DNA of 64,000 nucleotides, taken from assembly GCA_964016885.1 (NCBI GenBank), contig OZ024743.1, positions 363,444,001-363,508,000 on the forward strand. Direction: 5' to 3'. A program made the position numbers and the translations under genes. The notes beneath the pieces are model-generated. The model saw nothing but the letters and a program-made list of their open reading frames with translations. It did not search any database and was not told the origin of the DNA. This document shows positions 13,011-28,336 of the stretch, piece by piece (the first letter of the stretch is position 1; the number at the start of each line of letters is the position of its first letter). The stretch comes from Eledone cirrhosa (Eukaryota).

Positions 13011-13018
13011 TATCATTA

Positions 13019-14006
13019 TCTATAAAAGGCAGATTGTTGTTGTTGTTGTGTGTGTGTGTGCATGTTCCATGTTTATACATTTGCACAATTTCAAACCGAT
13101 TGACTCAAACTCTGTAAAAAAGTTGTAAATGGTCTAAGTTAGGTCAACGACTATTTATTTCATTCAAACACTTACGGAAATAATCGATAAAACTAAATAC
13201 ATGACGCTTTAACCCTCTAATACAATCTGATTTACTCTCTCTACCCACCTTAAAATTCGATAAAACTACATACATGCTTACACACTTCCTTTAGGAACGC
13301 CGAAGAGAGAGAGAAGAGAGGGAGAGGGAGAGAGAGAGAGAAAACGTTTGTTTTTGAATTTGGAACGGTCAAACATTTATTTACTTCAATGACAAAGAGA
13401 ACTTATTACATTTTATACGAAACAACAATTATTCAACAACAACAAAAATAGCGATAAATCTTTTTTAAAACCTCTCAACGAACGTGGAAGAAAGAAGTAT
13501 CAGTTTATTTACTATACACAATAATATCCTCTATGAGGTCACTAAGCCTGCTAGAAACAGCAGCTAACTCTCCCCCATATCACACCACTCCCTACTGTCT
13601 TAAATTTAGAAAACACATATCCTCTATGAGGTCACTAAACCTGCTAGAAACAGCAGCTAACTCTCCCCCATATCACACCCCTCCATACTGTCTTAAATTT
13701 AGAAAACACACATTAGACAACCATGCAGAACAACTCCATCGCAGCTCTGTTTTTCGGCTGGCATCGTCTACGCGCGTGTTGCGCAAGTACTGTGAAACAA
13801 TAAATTTCAACACTTCTTTGCACAGAGATAATATCCATAGGCGAAACTACAATTGTCACTGCTGGCGCAGCTCCTGCTTCGGCAGTCCAGGTCTGCAATT
13901 CATTCACCCAGTGCCTGGCAGACAAATAAGTGCTGCCATAAAATGGGTGGTGCAACCTAACTTTGGTAACTTACTGACCCCGAGCAACGCCGGGCTTTAA
14001 TGCTAG
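13019..14006 (+). mobile_element. Non-autonomous Helitron-like element with an internal ~95-bp tandem duplication (13524-13710)
   Basis: 5' TCtataaaagg; 3' hairpin cccgagcaacgccggg then CTAG|T. Confidence 0.6.
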
Positions 14007-14013
14007 TATATAT

Positions 14014-14692
14014 ATAAATGAAAAATGGCGAGCTGTGATATATATAATAAATGAAGAATTAGAAATAGAAGCCGGGAATATCCGTCATCAGTGGTCTACT
14101 AGCCATCATAGGTATTTCTTCGCATTACAGACCATATACCCCCGGCTCAGGCGATACAATAACTAAATTAAGTTATTGGGATAAAAAGAGTTGGATGGAG
14201 AAAGAGAGACAGTTAAACAAACGCGAATGGTGAGGCAACGTAAAGAGAGGAAAAAATGAGAAAATCAAGTCAATAATTCATTTTGAAAATAAGAACGTGC
14301 GAATATTGACGAGAAGGCAAAGACACATCTTGGCCGTGCGGATGTGAGCGAGGAAAGAATCTTGTACGGTGTGGGACGATGGAGGAAGTGAGAGATAGGG
14401 TGAGTAGCAGAGAGTGCGTGAGTGAAAGTGTGAGGAAGAGGCTAGCCGAGAGAGGGTGAGTGAAAGTAAGAGGGAGTAGGAGAGAGAAGGGGGAGAGAGA
14501 AAGAGGATAGCAGTAAGGGAAGAGAAAAAGACAGGTCACAGCGAAGGGGAAAGCATATATGAATGAAAAATGGCGAGCTGTGTTGTTGCATATATGATAT
14601 ATATAATAAATGAAGAATTAGAAATAGAAGCCAGGAAGAAATAACTATGAGGGCTAGTAGACCACTGATGACGGATATTCCTGGCTTCTATT
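14014..14692 (-). mobile_element. Small element with terminal direct repeat and inverted 5' piece (PLE-type insertion signature)
   Basis: aatgaaaaatggcgagctgtg...tagaagcc at ~14017 and ~14562; 14636-14691 is the reverse complement of 14066-14121. Confidence 0.7.
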
Positions 14693-14889
14693 ATATATAT
14701 ATATATATATAAAAAACTGAGGATGTGTGTGTGTGTATATCCATACCCACATAACTTCTACAGTTTGCAACCGATTTCCTTAAAATTTGGAACAAACACG
14801 CGTTATGTACCCAGGAGTGTTTTGGACGAATTTTCAAATTTTTGTCTAATGCGGTCCCTAGATAAATATTGGTTGGTTGCACGAAAACT

Positions 14890-14920
<31 letters not shown>

Positions 14921-14981
14921 GGCCGTTTTACAGAGATATTCAGATAGAGAGAGTGAGAGAATGGCGACGAACGCTGGATTA

Positions 14982-15770
<789 letters not shown>

Positions 15771-16083
15771 AATTAAGTTAAACCCCTGGTAATCTACGAC
15801 GAATTTTTTTTATAAGCACAAAATGTAGACACCATCCCCTGGCCAATGTATTCCGTACTTCTCTGTACCGTTTGAGAAAGGAGGGATAAACATTAGTACA
15901 TTAAATGACATAAATAGAGTAGGGAAGGATATAGTTACTAGTTTAGAAATAGATAAGTACACAAACCCATATGTCCCTCTGACGCCTAGATTCTCTCTTA
16001 AGGATCACAAATGTAACTTTAATTAAAGCCCCTCTATTAGACTAATATGTCCCTCTACATCTGATATAGGTAAGATTAGTAAA

Positions 16084-16845
16084 GTGATCCTCGATAGAGT
16101 ACTACTGGAGCTTAATAGAAAGGCTAAGATCTGCCTCTGGAGCAACACCGACCAGCTCATAGATTGCTTCACCGAGTTGCCTGATAAAGCGACCCTGAAG
16201 TTCATCCACTTTGACATAGATAGTTACTACGCCTCTAACTCCCCCATACTCTTAAATAAGGCATTCATCTTAGCTAAATCTAACACTAGCCCCACTAAAA
16301 AAGAAATAGACATAGTTCTAGCGGCGCGTAGAACCATTATCCAGTTCGAAGGCTCCCACTGGACCAGAACCAACCGTCCTGATAACTTCGATATCACGAT
16401 GGGGTCCAGTGACTCGGCGCAAGCAACCGATCTGGTCGGAATATACCTCCTCCATAAGCTTAGGGACGCTCTACAAGGAGGTATATATAGAGACGACGCC
16501 CTGTTTACCGTTAGGAACCATAGCCCCCGTAGAATAGATAACCTTAACAAACATATACACAGGTTCTTCAAGTCATACGGCCTATCCGTAACTATAGACC
16601 TCAACCACCAGGTTGTCAACTTCCTGGACGTGACCCTGGAGTTGAGTACGGGCCTATACAAGCCATACCATAAGCCTGGGGAGAGCCTTTCTTATATGAA
16701 TTATGCCTCCAACCACCCTAAGCAGACTCTCAACTCCATAGTCTATAGCATCTCACATAGGATCTCGAGGCTCTCCGCCAATGAGGATATCTTCAACCAA
16801 GCGGCAGATTACTACAATAAGGGCCTTGATAAGCGCCGGTTTTAA
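16084..16845 (+). pseudogene. PLE reverse transcriptase fragment
   Basis: FDIDSYY, MGSSDSA, IYRDD, FLDVTL, SNHP motifs. Confidence 0.9.
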
Positions 16846-17060
16846 CCGACGAATCTCCTAAATCCCTAATGATAGCTCCAGAAACCACCCCTTTCATAAG
16901 ACTAACGTTATAGTAAGCCATACCTATAACCGATCACGCGGCGGCTTTGAAAGAGTCGGGTGTAATAGTATAGAAAATCGCACTAAAAAACACGGCCACA
17001 ATGTTAATTACACTAGCGATAGTATAGGTAGCTTACCACACAATAAATATCACGACCCCG

Positions 17061-18208
17061 GTGACAGTGACCACTGTAGTCTACTTGAATTATTCCCATA
17101 CTATAAGTTCAACAAAGGCGATGGCCTACTACCAACGCCTTCCAACCAACATCTTCCTATACATAAACGTAGCAGAAGGAAAACGAGTGCACCCGAGCAT
17201 AAAGCGAAAGGGACATGTAACGAGCTACAGCGCAATAACATGCATAAGAACCGTCACCCGTAGCAAACGTACAAAGACACGTAATCGCCACCGTAACGTC
17301 CTATGGTTCCATCCCCCCTACTCTTGGAGTGTGCCCTCCGACATACCCCGGATATTCTTCGAAGCCTTAGAGAAGAAGTTCCCACCCAACCATAAGTATA
17401 GGAAATTCCTTAATAGGAACAATATAAAAATATCCTTCTCTACTACTCATAACCTAGCAGACATCATAGGAACAACTAATCACGGTAAGATAACCAAGAC
17501 ACAGCGCCTTAGCAGCGACGCACCTATACCTGACAACAACTATATCGGCCTTAACGACTCCCTAGCAGCATTCAATAGTGCTGGCAACAGCCACTACAGA
17601 CGCAACCAACATAACCGCGACATGACTTGGGAATATGCAGGTGACCCGCACGGGTCACCTGACGGCAACGGAAGACGCTGCTGCGTGCGGAATAATAATG
17701 GTACCACCCCGCACACAACGGGTTATAATGGTGCTAATGACAGGTGTAGGAGCGTAGGTAACAACGTAGATAGCAATAATAATAGCCTTACCTTGGGAAC
17801 TAGAAGGGACCGCGACCGAAATTGCAACTGCCGCGACAGGGGAGGCTGCCCCCTTAGGGGTAACTGCCTAACTGATAGGGTTATATATAGGTGCAGCGTA
17901 ACTAGCCATAATAGCGTTAAACATTATATAGGGGCTTCCTCTGGCCCGTTCAAAATTAGATTTCGAACACTTCTGCACTCTTTCGCAAACAAGAAACTAA
18001 GACACTCCACTTCGCTCGCGAGCTACATCACAGCATTAAGACTCAAACATCAGTTTCTACATGCACTGGGAAATTGTCGGCAGAGCTGCTCCGTACAACT
18101 TCTTTGCCTCATGGAGCTCTAAAATATCATTAAGGCACCCCACGAGCTCATCAACAGCAGAGCTGAAACGACGATAAGCTGTACACACCGCTTAAAAATA
18201 TCCTACTG
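17061..18208 (+). pseudogene. PLE linker and GIY-YIG endonuclease, frameshifted near 18045
   Basis: WFHPPYS, KKFPPNHKYRKFLNRNNIKISFST, CNC..CPL.G.C, VIY...YIG. Confidence 0.85.
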
Positions 18209-18597
18209 AACGAGGAGAGGAAACCGTAAACCGGGTCTCCCTGCATCAAGCTTTAACACCCGGCGGGCAGGTGCTGCAAAAAACATCCGGAAACTAACCA
18301 TGCATCCCAGACCCGACAAGAATCAACCCAGGTGGGCAGGCGCAGTAAACAAACGTCTCGAAACTAACGTTGTATACCTGCCCCTGTGCGTATCGACAAC
18401 GTTAAGGTAGTAACGACATAGTAGTAACGGATAAAAAAAATCGTCCGGAAAGGACTGCCCTAACACCGGCTAGAGTTATCTCCTTTGACCTACTGCAAAA
18501 TCAATACAAGTTTGTTTTACGAAGAATGAACTCTGACGTGAACTTATCTCTAAAAACCCATTCCGGGTCATGTAAGGAACGCTTTTTAGTTGTTTAT

Positions 18598-18635
18598 GCC
18601 CTTGAGAAACCCATTCGGGTGAAACGTACGTAGGT
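18598..18635 (+). ncRNA. Degenerate minimal HHR in PLE 3' terminus
   Basis: gcc CTTGAGA a-accc-attc-gggt GAAA CGTACG TA ggt; the core deviates from CUGANGA. Confidence 0.55.
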
Positions 18636-18856
18636 GGTATTTTAAATAAACATGTTTTAACGGTTTGTTCTCCTTTATTTACTTCTCCACGTGTTTCCGC
18701 TCTGCTAATTCTCTCGCCCACTAGATATTAACACTTCTAATATTTAACACTGCCGGCACGGCACTAGTATTGAGCACCCTCTGCATACGCTATTGGCAAA
18801 TAACTACATGTATCGCCTATCCCTCCTTCTCTCTCTCGATTCGTAAATATTCTCTC

Positions 18857-19035
<179 letters not shown>

Positions 19036-19036
19036 A

Positions 19037-20525
19037 GTGGTTACACAACAGTTAGTTCACCATACCGAGAACAATTGGTTCACCTTAGCGGATCTTCAGC
19101 TCGGGATGTGCATGGTTATAGAAACAGGAAGGACAACCGTACGAACGCGCATGCACAGAAACTCGGTCACTTCACACAGGCAATACTAGACTGCGTGCGA
19201 GAGGTGTAAGGGAGATAATTGCGAAAGTCCGGAAAGTTTTTAGGTTGAAAATAAGATTAAAATAAAATTAAAAATAAAATTACAAAGAATCAGTCCGGGG
19301 ACTTGTAGTTATGCAATAGATGTTTAGTGACGTGTGGACAACGTGTGAAAAATTCACTTCTCGTGTTTAGGCAATCACTATTGCGCAATCTCTTTAGAAT
19401 AGTTATTCGTTCGTCAATACATAAGCCACACGACGGATTTCCCCTTGCGTATGGCTTGGACTTAGTGATGGCTTTCTCTTGGATGGAGTAGCCTATATTT
19501 GAGTCCTTGAGGGACCATACGTGGCTCGCGAGTTTCGTGGATGAACGTCTGTCCGGGTATCTGAAGGTAGACTGGTGGTTCAGGAAACGCTCCTTGAATC
19601 GGCCCTCCGCCATGCCCACATAGGATTTGACCTCCTGTGGTTCGTTTGGTCGGTTGGAAGTGACCACAGCTTCATAGATTACAGCTGGTGTGTTGCATTG
19701 CTGTTGAAGGGGGCAAGCTTCAGGCTTGTGTCGGTTAAAGATGGAGTGGTATTTATGACATATGGGGAAGTGTCTATCTAAGAGGGCTAGACATTTTTTT
19801 CCTACATTGGTTTTAACGTTGAGTGAGAAGGGAGGAGAGAACCAGATAGTTTGTCTATTGTTGCGCTTACTTTTCTTAAAGGTGTTGTTGCTAGTGGGAG
19901 AGTAAGTGATAGGTTGTGAGAAGCCGTTGTTAGCCAACGCCGTGTTATAGTAGGGTGCCGTCCTGTCAAAGATAGCCTTATTAGAGGGGAGGTTTGAGAT
20001 TCTAGTACTGATATTCTTAACGAAGTTTCTAAAAACGGTGGGAGGGTGGCATGAGTCCTTGTGAATGTAATTAAGTTTCTTGTTTAGCTTATGGAAGGGT
20101 CTGTGGGTGTGTGTGCGAAGGTCTAAATTAATGACTAAGAAATCTGCGCTAGACAGGTTGGTGGCTACTGTTATCCTAAGGCCTAACTCATTGAAGGTAG
20201 AAGCTAAGTCTTTTTTAAACCGGTCGAGGTCGTGACCACTTTTATGGCTCGATAAAGTCAGTCCATCGTCACGGTATATTCCCGTGTGGAAGTCCGGGAA
20301 TCTAACACGTAATATGTCTAAGATAAAAGGCCAACCAAGTCACATACGTCAGCACTGTCAAACGAATCCCATGGAGACGTCGAACAGGTCTGAAAATGTA
20401 GATTTCTTTGCCCAGGCTACTCCGTCGTTGAAGAGGAGGGTTTTCCGGCAGTGCGCGATGATTTCCCTGTCTAAACCATCGACGGTGTTATAAGTGGTAG
20501 CGAAGTCCAACGCTTTGTACACCTT
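19037..20525 (-). mobile_element. Second Penelope-like retroelement (Hydra-clade-like), 5'-truncated, including its 3' terminus
   Basis: FDVSMG, GIYRDDGL (~20260-20283), WFSPPFS, ACPLQQQC, VIYEAVV...SYVGMAEGRFKERF, LNTRSEFFTRCPH. Confidence 0.9.
19065..19104 (-). ncRNA. Minimal HHR in PLE 3' terminus
   Basis: Minus strand ccgag CTGAAGA tccgctaaggt GAAC CAATTG TT ctcgg; consensus with the 10729-10767 copy restores GAAA. Confidence 0.7.
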
Positions 20526-20587
20526 TTCGTAATAATACCGAACAACGTACTGTTGGTCAATCCTTCCTCCAAAAACCGTACAAAGCA

Positions 20588-20618
<31 letters not shown>

Positions 20619-21009
20619 GTTATAAGAACAGATTAAAGTTTAAACAAAGAATCGCTGCTTTCAACATTAACGGGATCTTCTGAAACTAAAAAATTTAATC
20701 TGTGAACGCAGAAGTAAATATTTCGAAAAACTTTGCAACCGAAGGAAAACAGGAAGACGATATTTTGGTTCGTGAAGACGTTCCCTGGTAATGAACGGAA
20801 AAAAAGCGACGATAATACGTCGTTATGTGGACTGAGAAGAACAATTTCATGCAAAGACAAGACCAAGTTTATGGTATAAATGGAGTCGTTAGACTAATAT
20901 TCTATTTAAAATTACCGAATGATTTCCAGCCCCGGAGTTTAAGAATGATGTAAATAAAATTGAAAACGAAAATGACAGAGGTTATTAAAATAGTAAAATA
21001 AATAGTGAA

Positions 21010-21546
21010 GATTTAGGCCAGTACATACGTATGCCCCGACGGACATACACATACATACGCACACACAAATACATACACACCCACAAACACACACACGCAC
21101 ACGCGCGCGTATGTATAAACCTTATGCATTTCTACAGTATTTTCACCAAACTTAAGACATAGGTTACTTATGTACTCCAGATGGTGATGGGCACTTTCAT
21201 TTTTCCAGATATTGATTATAGGGCCTCCCGGCAGATAACCCCTTTCAAAAGCTTCCTTGGAGTCGACTGAAGCACTGCAGTGCAATGCAACAAAACGTCA
21301 TAACTTCTGGAGTTCGCAACCGATTTTCACAAAACTCGACACATGGGCTACGTGTGTTCTACAGATGAATGTGAACTCTCAGAATTGGCACATATTGAGT
21401 AAGGGACCCATGGGGCAGAAACCCCCTTTTGGAAAAAGCCGATGATTTTGTAAAAGTATAGTTTTTGAAGCAGCACTGAAGTATTGACATAAATGGTATA
21501 CACAACTGCTATTTAATACCCGAGCAACGCCAGGTACCTCTGCTAG
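21010..21546 (+). mobile_element. Non-autonomous Helitron-like element (3' end defined, 5' end uncertain)
   Basis: tacccgagcaacgccaggta hairpin then CTAG|T at 21543-21546. Confidence 0.55.
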
Positions 21547-21601
21547 TATTTATATATATATATATGTATGTATATATATATATATATATATATGTATATT
21601 G

Positions 21602-21643
<42 letters not shown>

Positions 21644-21743
21644 GACATATATACATACATACAATACACTCATATACATATATATATATACACACACATA
21701 CATATACACACACACATACATACATACACACACACATACATAC

Positions 21744-21778
<35 letters not shown>

Positions 21779-21785
21779 CGTATGT

Positions 21786-21934
<149 letters not shown>

Positions 21935-22259
21935 GTGGACTATTTCTGGACCCGACCCTTACAAATAAATAATTCTCGAGGGACAAATTATCACGTGATA
22001 CAGCGATCACAGAAGGGAGACAAAAGCCGGACGTTTAGCGAGTACCAAATTTGCTAGACAAAGTAGTCAGCACCCGCCTGATTAACTCAACCTTAAAGGA
22101 GTTGGGACAAAATAGTAATGAATTACACATAGATACATAAGTATATGTGTGTGTGTTGTCCCGCCTTGACCAGTATTGCTGAATAACTGAAATAATTAAA
22201 ATAACCAAAAGAACTTAATAGTTTAATCAGAGTGTTTTATCAAATTATAAATGCGAGGA

Positions 22260-24975
22260 AATAATAGACAAAAATATACCTATTTTTTCTTCAAAGTGCC
22301 GACTGCAGTTTCGCCAACTAAATATTGTCTCCATGACTCCTTTAGCGGACATGGCTGGACAGTCAGTTTGCCACTTACTAACCATTAGCATATAGTGCAT
22401 ATCGTTCATCTTCCCCTTCCTTTCAGTACGTCGCTGATTATTGTGGATTCGAGTGGATTATTGTGCAACCTAGTAGGGCCATTCTAGCAGTATATCCTAC
22501 CCGACACAGTCAATGGCGTAGTATCGTAGCCCCAATGCTGAGGAAAAAGGTTCTGAAGGGGATTTCGTTGCTTGTAATCGAACCTTTCAAGTTAATGTGG
22601 AGGATAGGGTGCAGTTTCGTTTGTTGGAATCCTTTTAACAGTCATAATTCTCGACTCAAAGCTCCAAGTCTCACAAACATAAAGTGAAGTTGAGAGAACC
22701 ATTGATTTAAAGACCATAACTTTCGATTTCATAGTGAAACTGTGATTTTCAAAGAATCGGTATACAATCTTGATTATATTTCAGATGTTATTTTTCACAG
22801 TTACTTTCGTTTGACAAGATGGATCCAAGATATGAAAATTGGCCGACAGTTTCCACTGTGTGGCCTAAACATCAGATGCGTTATATTTAAGTCATGGCTG
22901 TATTAGACCCTTTGTCTTGTCAACGTTGATTTCCATTCCAAAACACTGATAGCTTTACTGTGTTGCATTGTTATCTGCATAATGTAGTTCACACACCCTG
23001 TTTGATAGCAGATTTTGTGTTGGGGCGAAAACGTGAGAGATTAAAAAATCCACCATCTAACTTATAGTGGACATCCACACTAGAAGTATCAGTAGGTAAC
23101 TCGTTAATTATATCAGGGACATATAAAGTAAATAGATTTAGTGCTAGCACCCAGCCTTGTTTCAAATCTCCAGGGTCTGATAAGTTACCTTGATGAAACA
23201 TATTTCCAAGCATGTTAACATTCAAGGAATGAACAAGAGAAAGGAATGTTTCAAGGCAGCCAAAACAGGCGAAGGTGGCCAACATTGTCGGTGTTGGCAC
23301 TTTGTCAAATGCCAATTTAAGTTCCATAAGTGGTTGCGGTTGTTCCCAGCTTTTCTCTTGAAGTTGTCGTACACATAAAACTGTGTCTGAATCATCTCAA
23401 TGTGGTTATGACCCTGGAGGGTCATAACCACATTGAGAGGATTCAGAATGATCGCTCTCTGTCTGTGTGAGTAGCCTGTCCTCGAGGATGTATGCGAAGC
23501 TCTTAACAGCAGCGCTCGACAGAGATACGCCACAATAATTTCATAAGAAATTTCTATCCCCGTTCTTCAAGATTGTCACTATGTTATGTTAGTATTTATG
23601 AAAACGACTGGGATATCTCCTGTTTCCCAGATCAAAGCAATCAGAAGTTTTAGTTACTGCCGAAACTCTAAACTACAATAATTATAGAGCTGAAATAAAT
23701 GACATCAGGACCACAGGTCCTTCCCAACTTTATGCGTTCTAAAACTTCTGCTAGCTCATTGTGCCATTGTGGCAGGGACATCCACTCCCGAGTAAGAAGC
23801 TGGAGGGGTGTTTCTGAAGAGCTGAAGAGTGGTCGTTTAGGAGACTTTGAAAGTGTGATCGCCATCGCAGTAGAATATCTCTTGAGTCTGTGAGAATGAT
23901 TGTATTGAAGTCTCCCATAGATGAGCGAATAGGATAAAAATCTCCTCGGTAGCAGTATAGAGGTTATGCCTATTTCTGTTGTCAGCATATTGCTTGGAGT
24001 TCATCAGGATTTGCTTACCACCAACTATTTTTGAGTACTCGTAAGTGCTTCTGACATAACTTTGTTGTTTTATGGAGGTACTTTTTATTCTCTGATTGTT
24101 TAAGAAGGGCCTAATTTTTCCTGTTCAATTAATGTGAAGTTTCTTCACCATTTTCATCAAACCAATCATGATGATCGTTCTTTGCAAAACAAAGAACCTT
24201 TTTAGCTGGAGAAGTAAGTATGTCACAAATGTTTTCCCAAAATCCTGTTACATCATCAGATTCCGGTAACAGATGTTTGAATATGTACAGATTTTGGTTT
24301 CAGAAATTTAGAGCTGTCGAATTTACGACAAGGTTTGCATATAGTTGACCGTCTGAAAGGGCGATGGTCTGTTCAAATGTAATCTGCTCCAGGCATAGAG
24401 CGGCTAATGCAAGCACCTCTATGTCCCGAGAACGTATCAAGAGATAATCCAAGATGTGCCAGTGTCTTGATCTTGGGTGCTGTCATGTTATTTTGTAACT
24501 ATTTCTGAGACGGAACAAAGAATTTGCAATCATGAGTTCATATTCAGCACACAGACCGAGTAATAAGCTTCCATTTGAGTTACAGTTTCCAGTACCGTGC
24601 CGTCCAAGAATATATTTCTATATGTAGTGGTCATGAAATTCACTAAGCATCACAAACCTATCCGTTTCGCGCATGGCTCATATTGTTCTGTTAAGTAAGT
24701 AAAGTAATTCGTACTTAACTTCATCTTCGAAATCAAGTGGGCATACAGATATATTTTTTTTATTAGAATTTTACCATGAATTAAAATATGCATTTGCTAA
24801 TTGTATTTGATGTTGAATTGTGCTGCTCCACGAACCTGGTCTTTATGGCATATATGATGCCGTGGACTCGCTTCTCGGTAGTGTGCTTTCCTTTCCAAAA
24901 TATTGTATATTTGAGTCTACGTTTCTTAAGGCTGCCATCTCCAGTAGGTTTAGTTTCCTTCAAAGCTGCATATTG
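22260..24975 (-). mobile_element. Highly degenerate RTE (BovB-like) LINE
   Basis: Minus strand YTIFWKG...VHG (APE), HPRSRHWHILDY (~24440-24485), GPDVI, LAFDKV, LKQGWVLA. Confidence 0.8.
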
Positions 24976-25562
24976 AAAATAGAAATAGAATAGTAACTAC
25001 CCAGTAACAAAAATATTACAACACATAGAAATTGACATGCAGACAAATATAGCAACAAGCGTAGAGATGTAAATGTGTATATATATACATGCACACAGAT
25101 GAGCAAAGCCATACGGAGGCTGGTTGGCGATTATCAGTCCATACACAAATACAACACATATTCAGATAAAGATAAACACACATAGAAACTAGAGTAAAAC
25201 ATACGCATCTGCACACCACACACACAAACTTGCAGAATTACCAATTTACAAAGACACACACGTGCAAATACACACAGGGACACATGCATACATGTGCATG
25301 TATACCACACACATACCAAAGAAAGACAAAATGGAATAACTAGAACAGAATCAAAAGGAAGAGGAGACACAAAGGGCTAAAATAGTCATTTAGAAGGTCA
25401 CAGAATGTGTGACGAAATAGCTTTGACAATTAAATAACCATCCGGTTACTGAACCAACGATGAATGGACTAATTACACGAATAATACAGTTTTCTAATCT
25501 GGTCACAAGACCTGCAATTTGTGGGGATGGGAAGTTGATTATATTGACCTGAATTGTTAACT

Positions 25563-25790
25563 CGTACTTTATTTTATCGACCCCGGGAAGATGAAAGACG
25601 AAGTTGACCTCAGCGGTATTTGAACTCAGAATGCTAAAGAAGGAAAAAATGCCGAAAATCATTTTATCCGATGCTCTAACAATTCTGCAAGTCAACCGCC
25701 CTGTTACTGCACTAATAACTGTTTCTACTTTAGGCACAAGGCCAGCAATTACACCAGTGTATTACTGGTACTTTATTTTATCGACAATAA
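25563..25790 (-). mobile_element. tRNA-derived SINE fragments
   Basis: Reverse complement of gagttcaaat.ccgc.gaggt.aac...ggggtcgataaaataaagtac, same family as 48050. Confidence 0.75.
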
Positions 25791-25881
25791 TAAAACCGAA
25801 GTGGAGATTTATTGGTGCATGGGTTTTTATTGACAGCATGACCCTCCCAAACAACTGTTTCAACACACGATTTCACTGAAG

Positions 25882-25920
<39 letters not shown>

Positions 25921-26494
25921 CGGTGTCTTGTAAGAGTGCTTGTATATGTGTGTATGTATGTATGTATGTATGTATGTATGTATGTATGTATGTATGTATG
26001 TATATGTATACACACACACACTTGTATGCATACACACACACACTTGTATGCATACACACACACACTTGTATGCATACATACACACACGCATACACACTTC
26101 GACTCATCACATTCTGTCTTTTGATCTCTGTAACTAAACTCACGAGTGGACTGTCTCGTAGGTGACGGGATGGTAGAGTAGATGAGAAACGATGGGTAGT
26201 GGTGGTGTATATGCAGGTGGTAGTGATGATGACGATGATGATGACTATGATGATGATATTGATGGTGTAGCTTTATTGGTGATGGTGGTGGTGGTGTTAG
26301 GTTTAAAGTTGCCGTGATATTTCCCCCATAGGTATATATCTCACCTTTGCTACGTTATTAACTGATTGAATTACTGCGGCCAAACAACCGCTCAACTGAC
26401 TGTTGACATTACGTTTCTCCAACAATATTTTTATGAACGTTTATCTCCCCTTCCACATACACGTATATCATATATCATACATACATTCGTGTAC

Positions 26495-26526
<32 letters not shown>

Positions 26527-26654
26527 CTATAGACATCTATATCTATATATACTTATCTATGTATGTATCTATCTACATCACTATGTGTGTGTGTGTGTGT
26601 CAGTGTGTGTATAAATAATTATGCACAGCACACGCTCATGCACACACACACACG

Positions 26655-26737
<83 letters not shown>

Positions 26738-27747
26738 CATTCTTCACACGTGTGAGTGTAGGAGTGGGGGAGAACACTATATCATTTTAAGCCATCATAA
26801 AAGGAAAGGACACAATTTTATGATGTGTGTAAATGTGACGGGTTGGAAGAAATAACGGTCAGTAAACGGCGGCTGTTTTTGTTGGTTTGGTGGTGGTGGT
26901 GGTGGTGGAGGTGGTGGTGGTGGTGGTGGTGGTGGTGGTGATGGTGGAGGTGGTGGTGGTGGTGGTGGTGGTGGTAGTGGTGGTGGTACCGCTGCTGGCT
27001 TTGGTGTGGTGGAGGTGGTGTTGCTGGTTATTTTCAGGTGAGCTGGTGGTGCTGGTGTTTTCCAGGTAGTGTGTGTAGTGTGGTGATTTTGGTGGGTTGG
27101 TGGTGTAGGTGATTTTCATGTGGTGTGTGGGCGTTAGTGATTTTTAAGCTATGTGATGGTGATGGTGCTGGTAGTTTTCATGACGTGTGGGGGGAGCTGG
27201 TGGTTTTCAGGTGGTTAGGGGCAGTGGTTTGAGAGACATTCCATAAATGTAGAAATGTTACTTTAAGTATTGGTAATATGTTTCGAATGGGTTCTATTTG
27301 AGGTGTTTGGTGTGTGTGTGTGGGTGGGCTTGTAGATGTGTGTACATGTGTTTGCATGTGTGTGTACCTATGTGCGTTGGTGTGTTTGTATGTGTTAGTG
27401 TGTGTATGTGAGCGCGTTTATGTGTTTGAATGTGTCTGTGTGTATGTGTATTTATATGTGCTTATAACTATGCACGTGTGTTTGTAGGGTGGTGAGGTGG
27501 AAAGAGAGCTGGTGATATTACATAAAGCTGACGAATTCATCATCATCATCATCGTCATCGTCGTCGTCATGCTCATCGTTGTCGCCATCATCATCATCAT
27601 CATCATCATCATGGTTGTGGTTGTTGGTGATGGTGGTTGTAATGTTGCCTGTGTTAATAGTGGTGGCTGTTAGACTGCTATAATTAAAAATAAAAAAGAA
27701 CTTTGATTTTCAGTTGGTGAGTGAGGAGTGTGATGATCATGATGGCG

Positions 27748-27978
27748 ATGGTGGTGATGGTGGTGATGGTGACGGTGATATTGCTAATGGTTATGGCTAT
27801 GGCGATGGTGGTGATGGTGGTGATGGTGACGGTGATATTGCTAATGGTTATGGCTATGGCGATGGTGGTGATGGTGGTGATGGTGACGGTGATATTGCTA
27901 ATGGTTATGGCTATGGCGATGGTGGTGATGGTGGTGATGGTGACGGTGATATTGCTAATGGTTATGGCTATGGCGATG
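27748..27978. repeat. 57-bp minisatellite, 4 copies
   Basis: gatggtggtgatggtggtgatggtgacggtgatattgctaatggttatggctatggc repeated. Confidence 0.9.
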
Positions 27979-28336
27979 GGGCCGATGGCGAGAAAAAAAT
28001 TTAGGTAGTGGATGTAAGGGTGCTGGTGGTCGTGGTGATAATGGAGGTGGTTGTGGTGGTGGTGGCGGCCATGTTAGTACGACAGTAATGGTTATAGAGT
28101 CGATGTTAATGGTTGTGATAGTGTTGGGTACTGTGGTGGTTGTAGAGGGAGTAATAATTGTAGTTATGGTGTCGTTTGTGAGGAGGCTTGATGGTGATGG
28201 TTGTCGTGGTGGTGGTGGTGGTGGAGTACGGCGGTTTTACTGGTATTACTGATTTTGATAGTCCTCTAGTATGAGTGTTGTGATGGTTGTGGAGGGGATT
28301 AGTTGTAGTAGTGTTAATATAGTGTTGTTGTTGTTG

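Larger units (their letters stand above)
15780..18850 (+). mobile_element. Penelope-like retroelement (Hydra-clade-like), 5'-truncated and degenerate
   Basis: LKDHK..RLICP..IGKISK.ILD, FDIDSYY, GIYRDDAL, NFLDVTL; CNCRDRGGCPLRGNC (CxCx5Cx5C) linker; VIYRCSV...HYIGASSGPFKIRF GIY-YIG. Confidence 0.9.

Noticed and set aside
21935-22130. Minus-strand CTGACTA...AAACGTC as an HHR
   Set aside because: Two core mismatches and poor stems, with no second copy to support it
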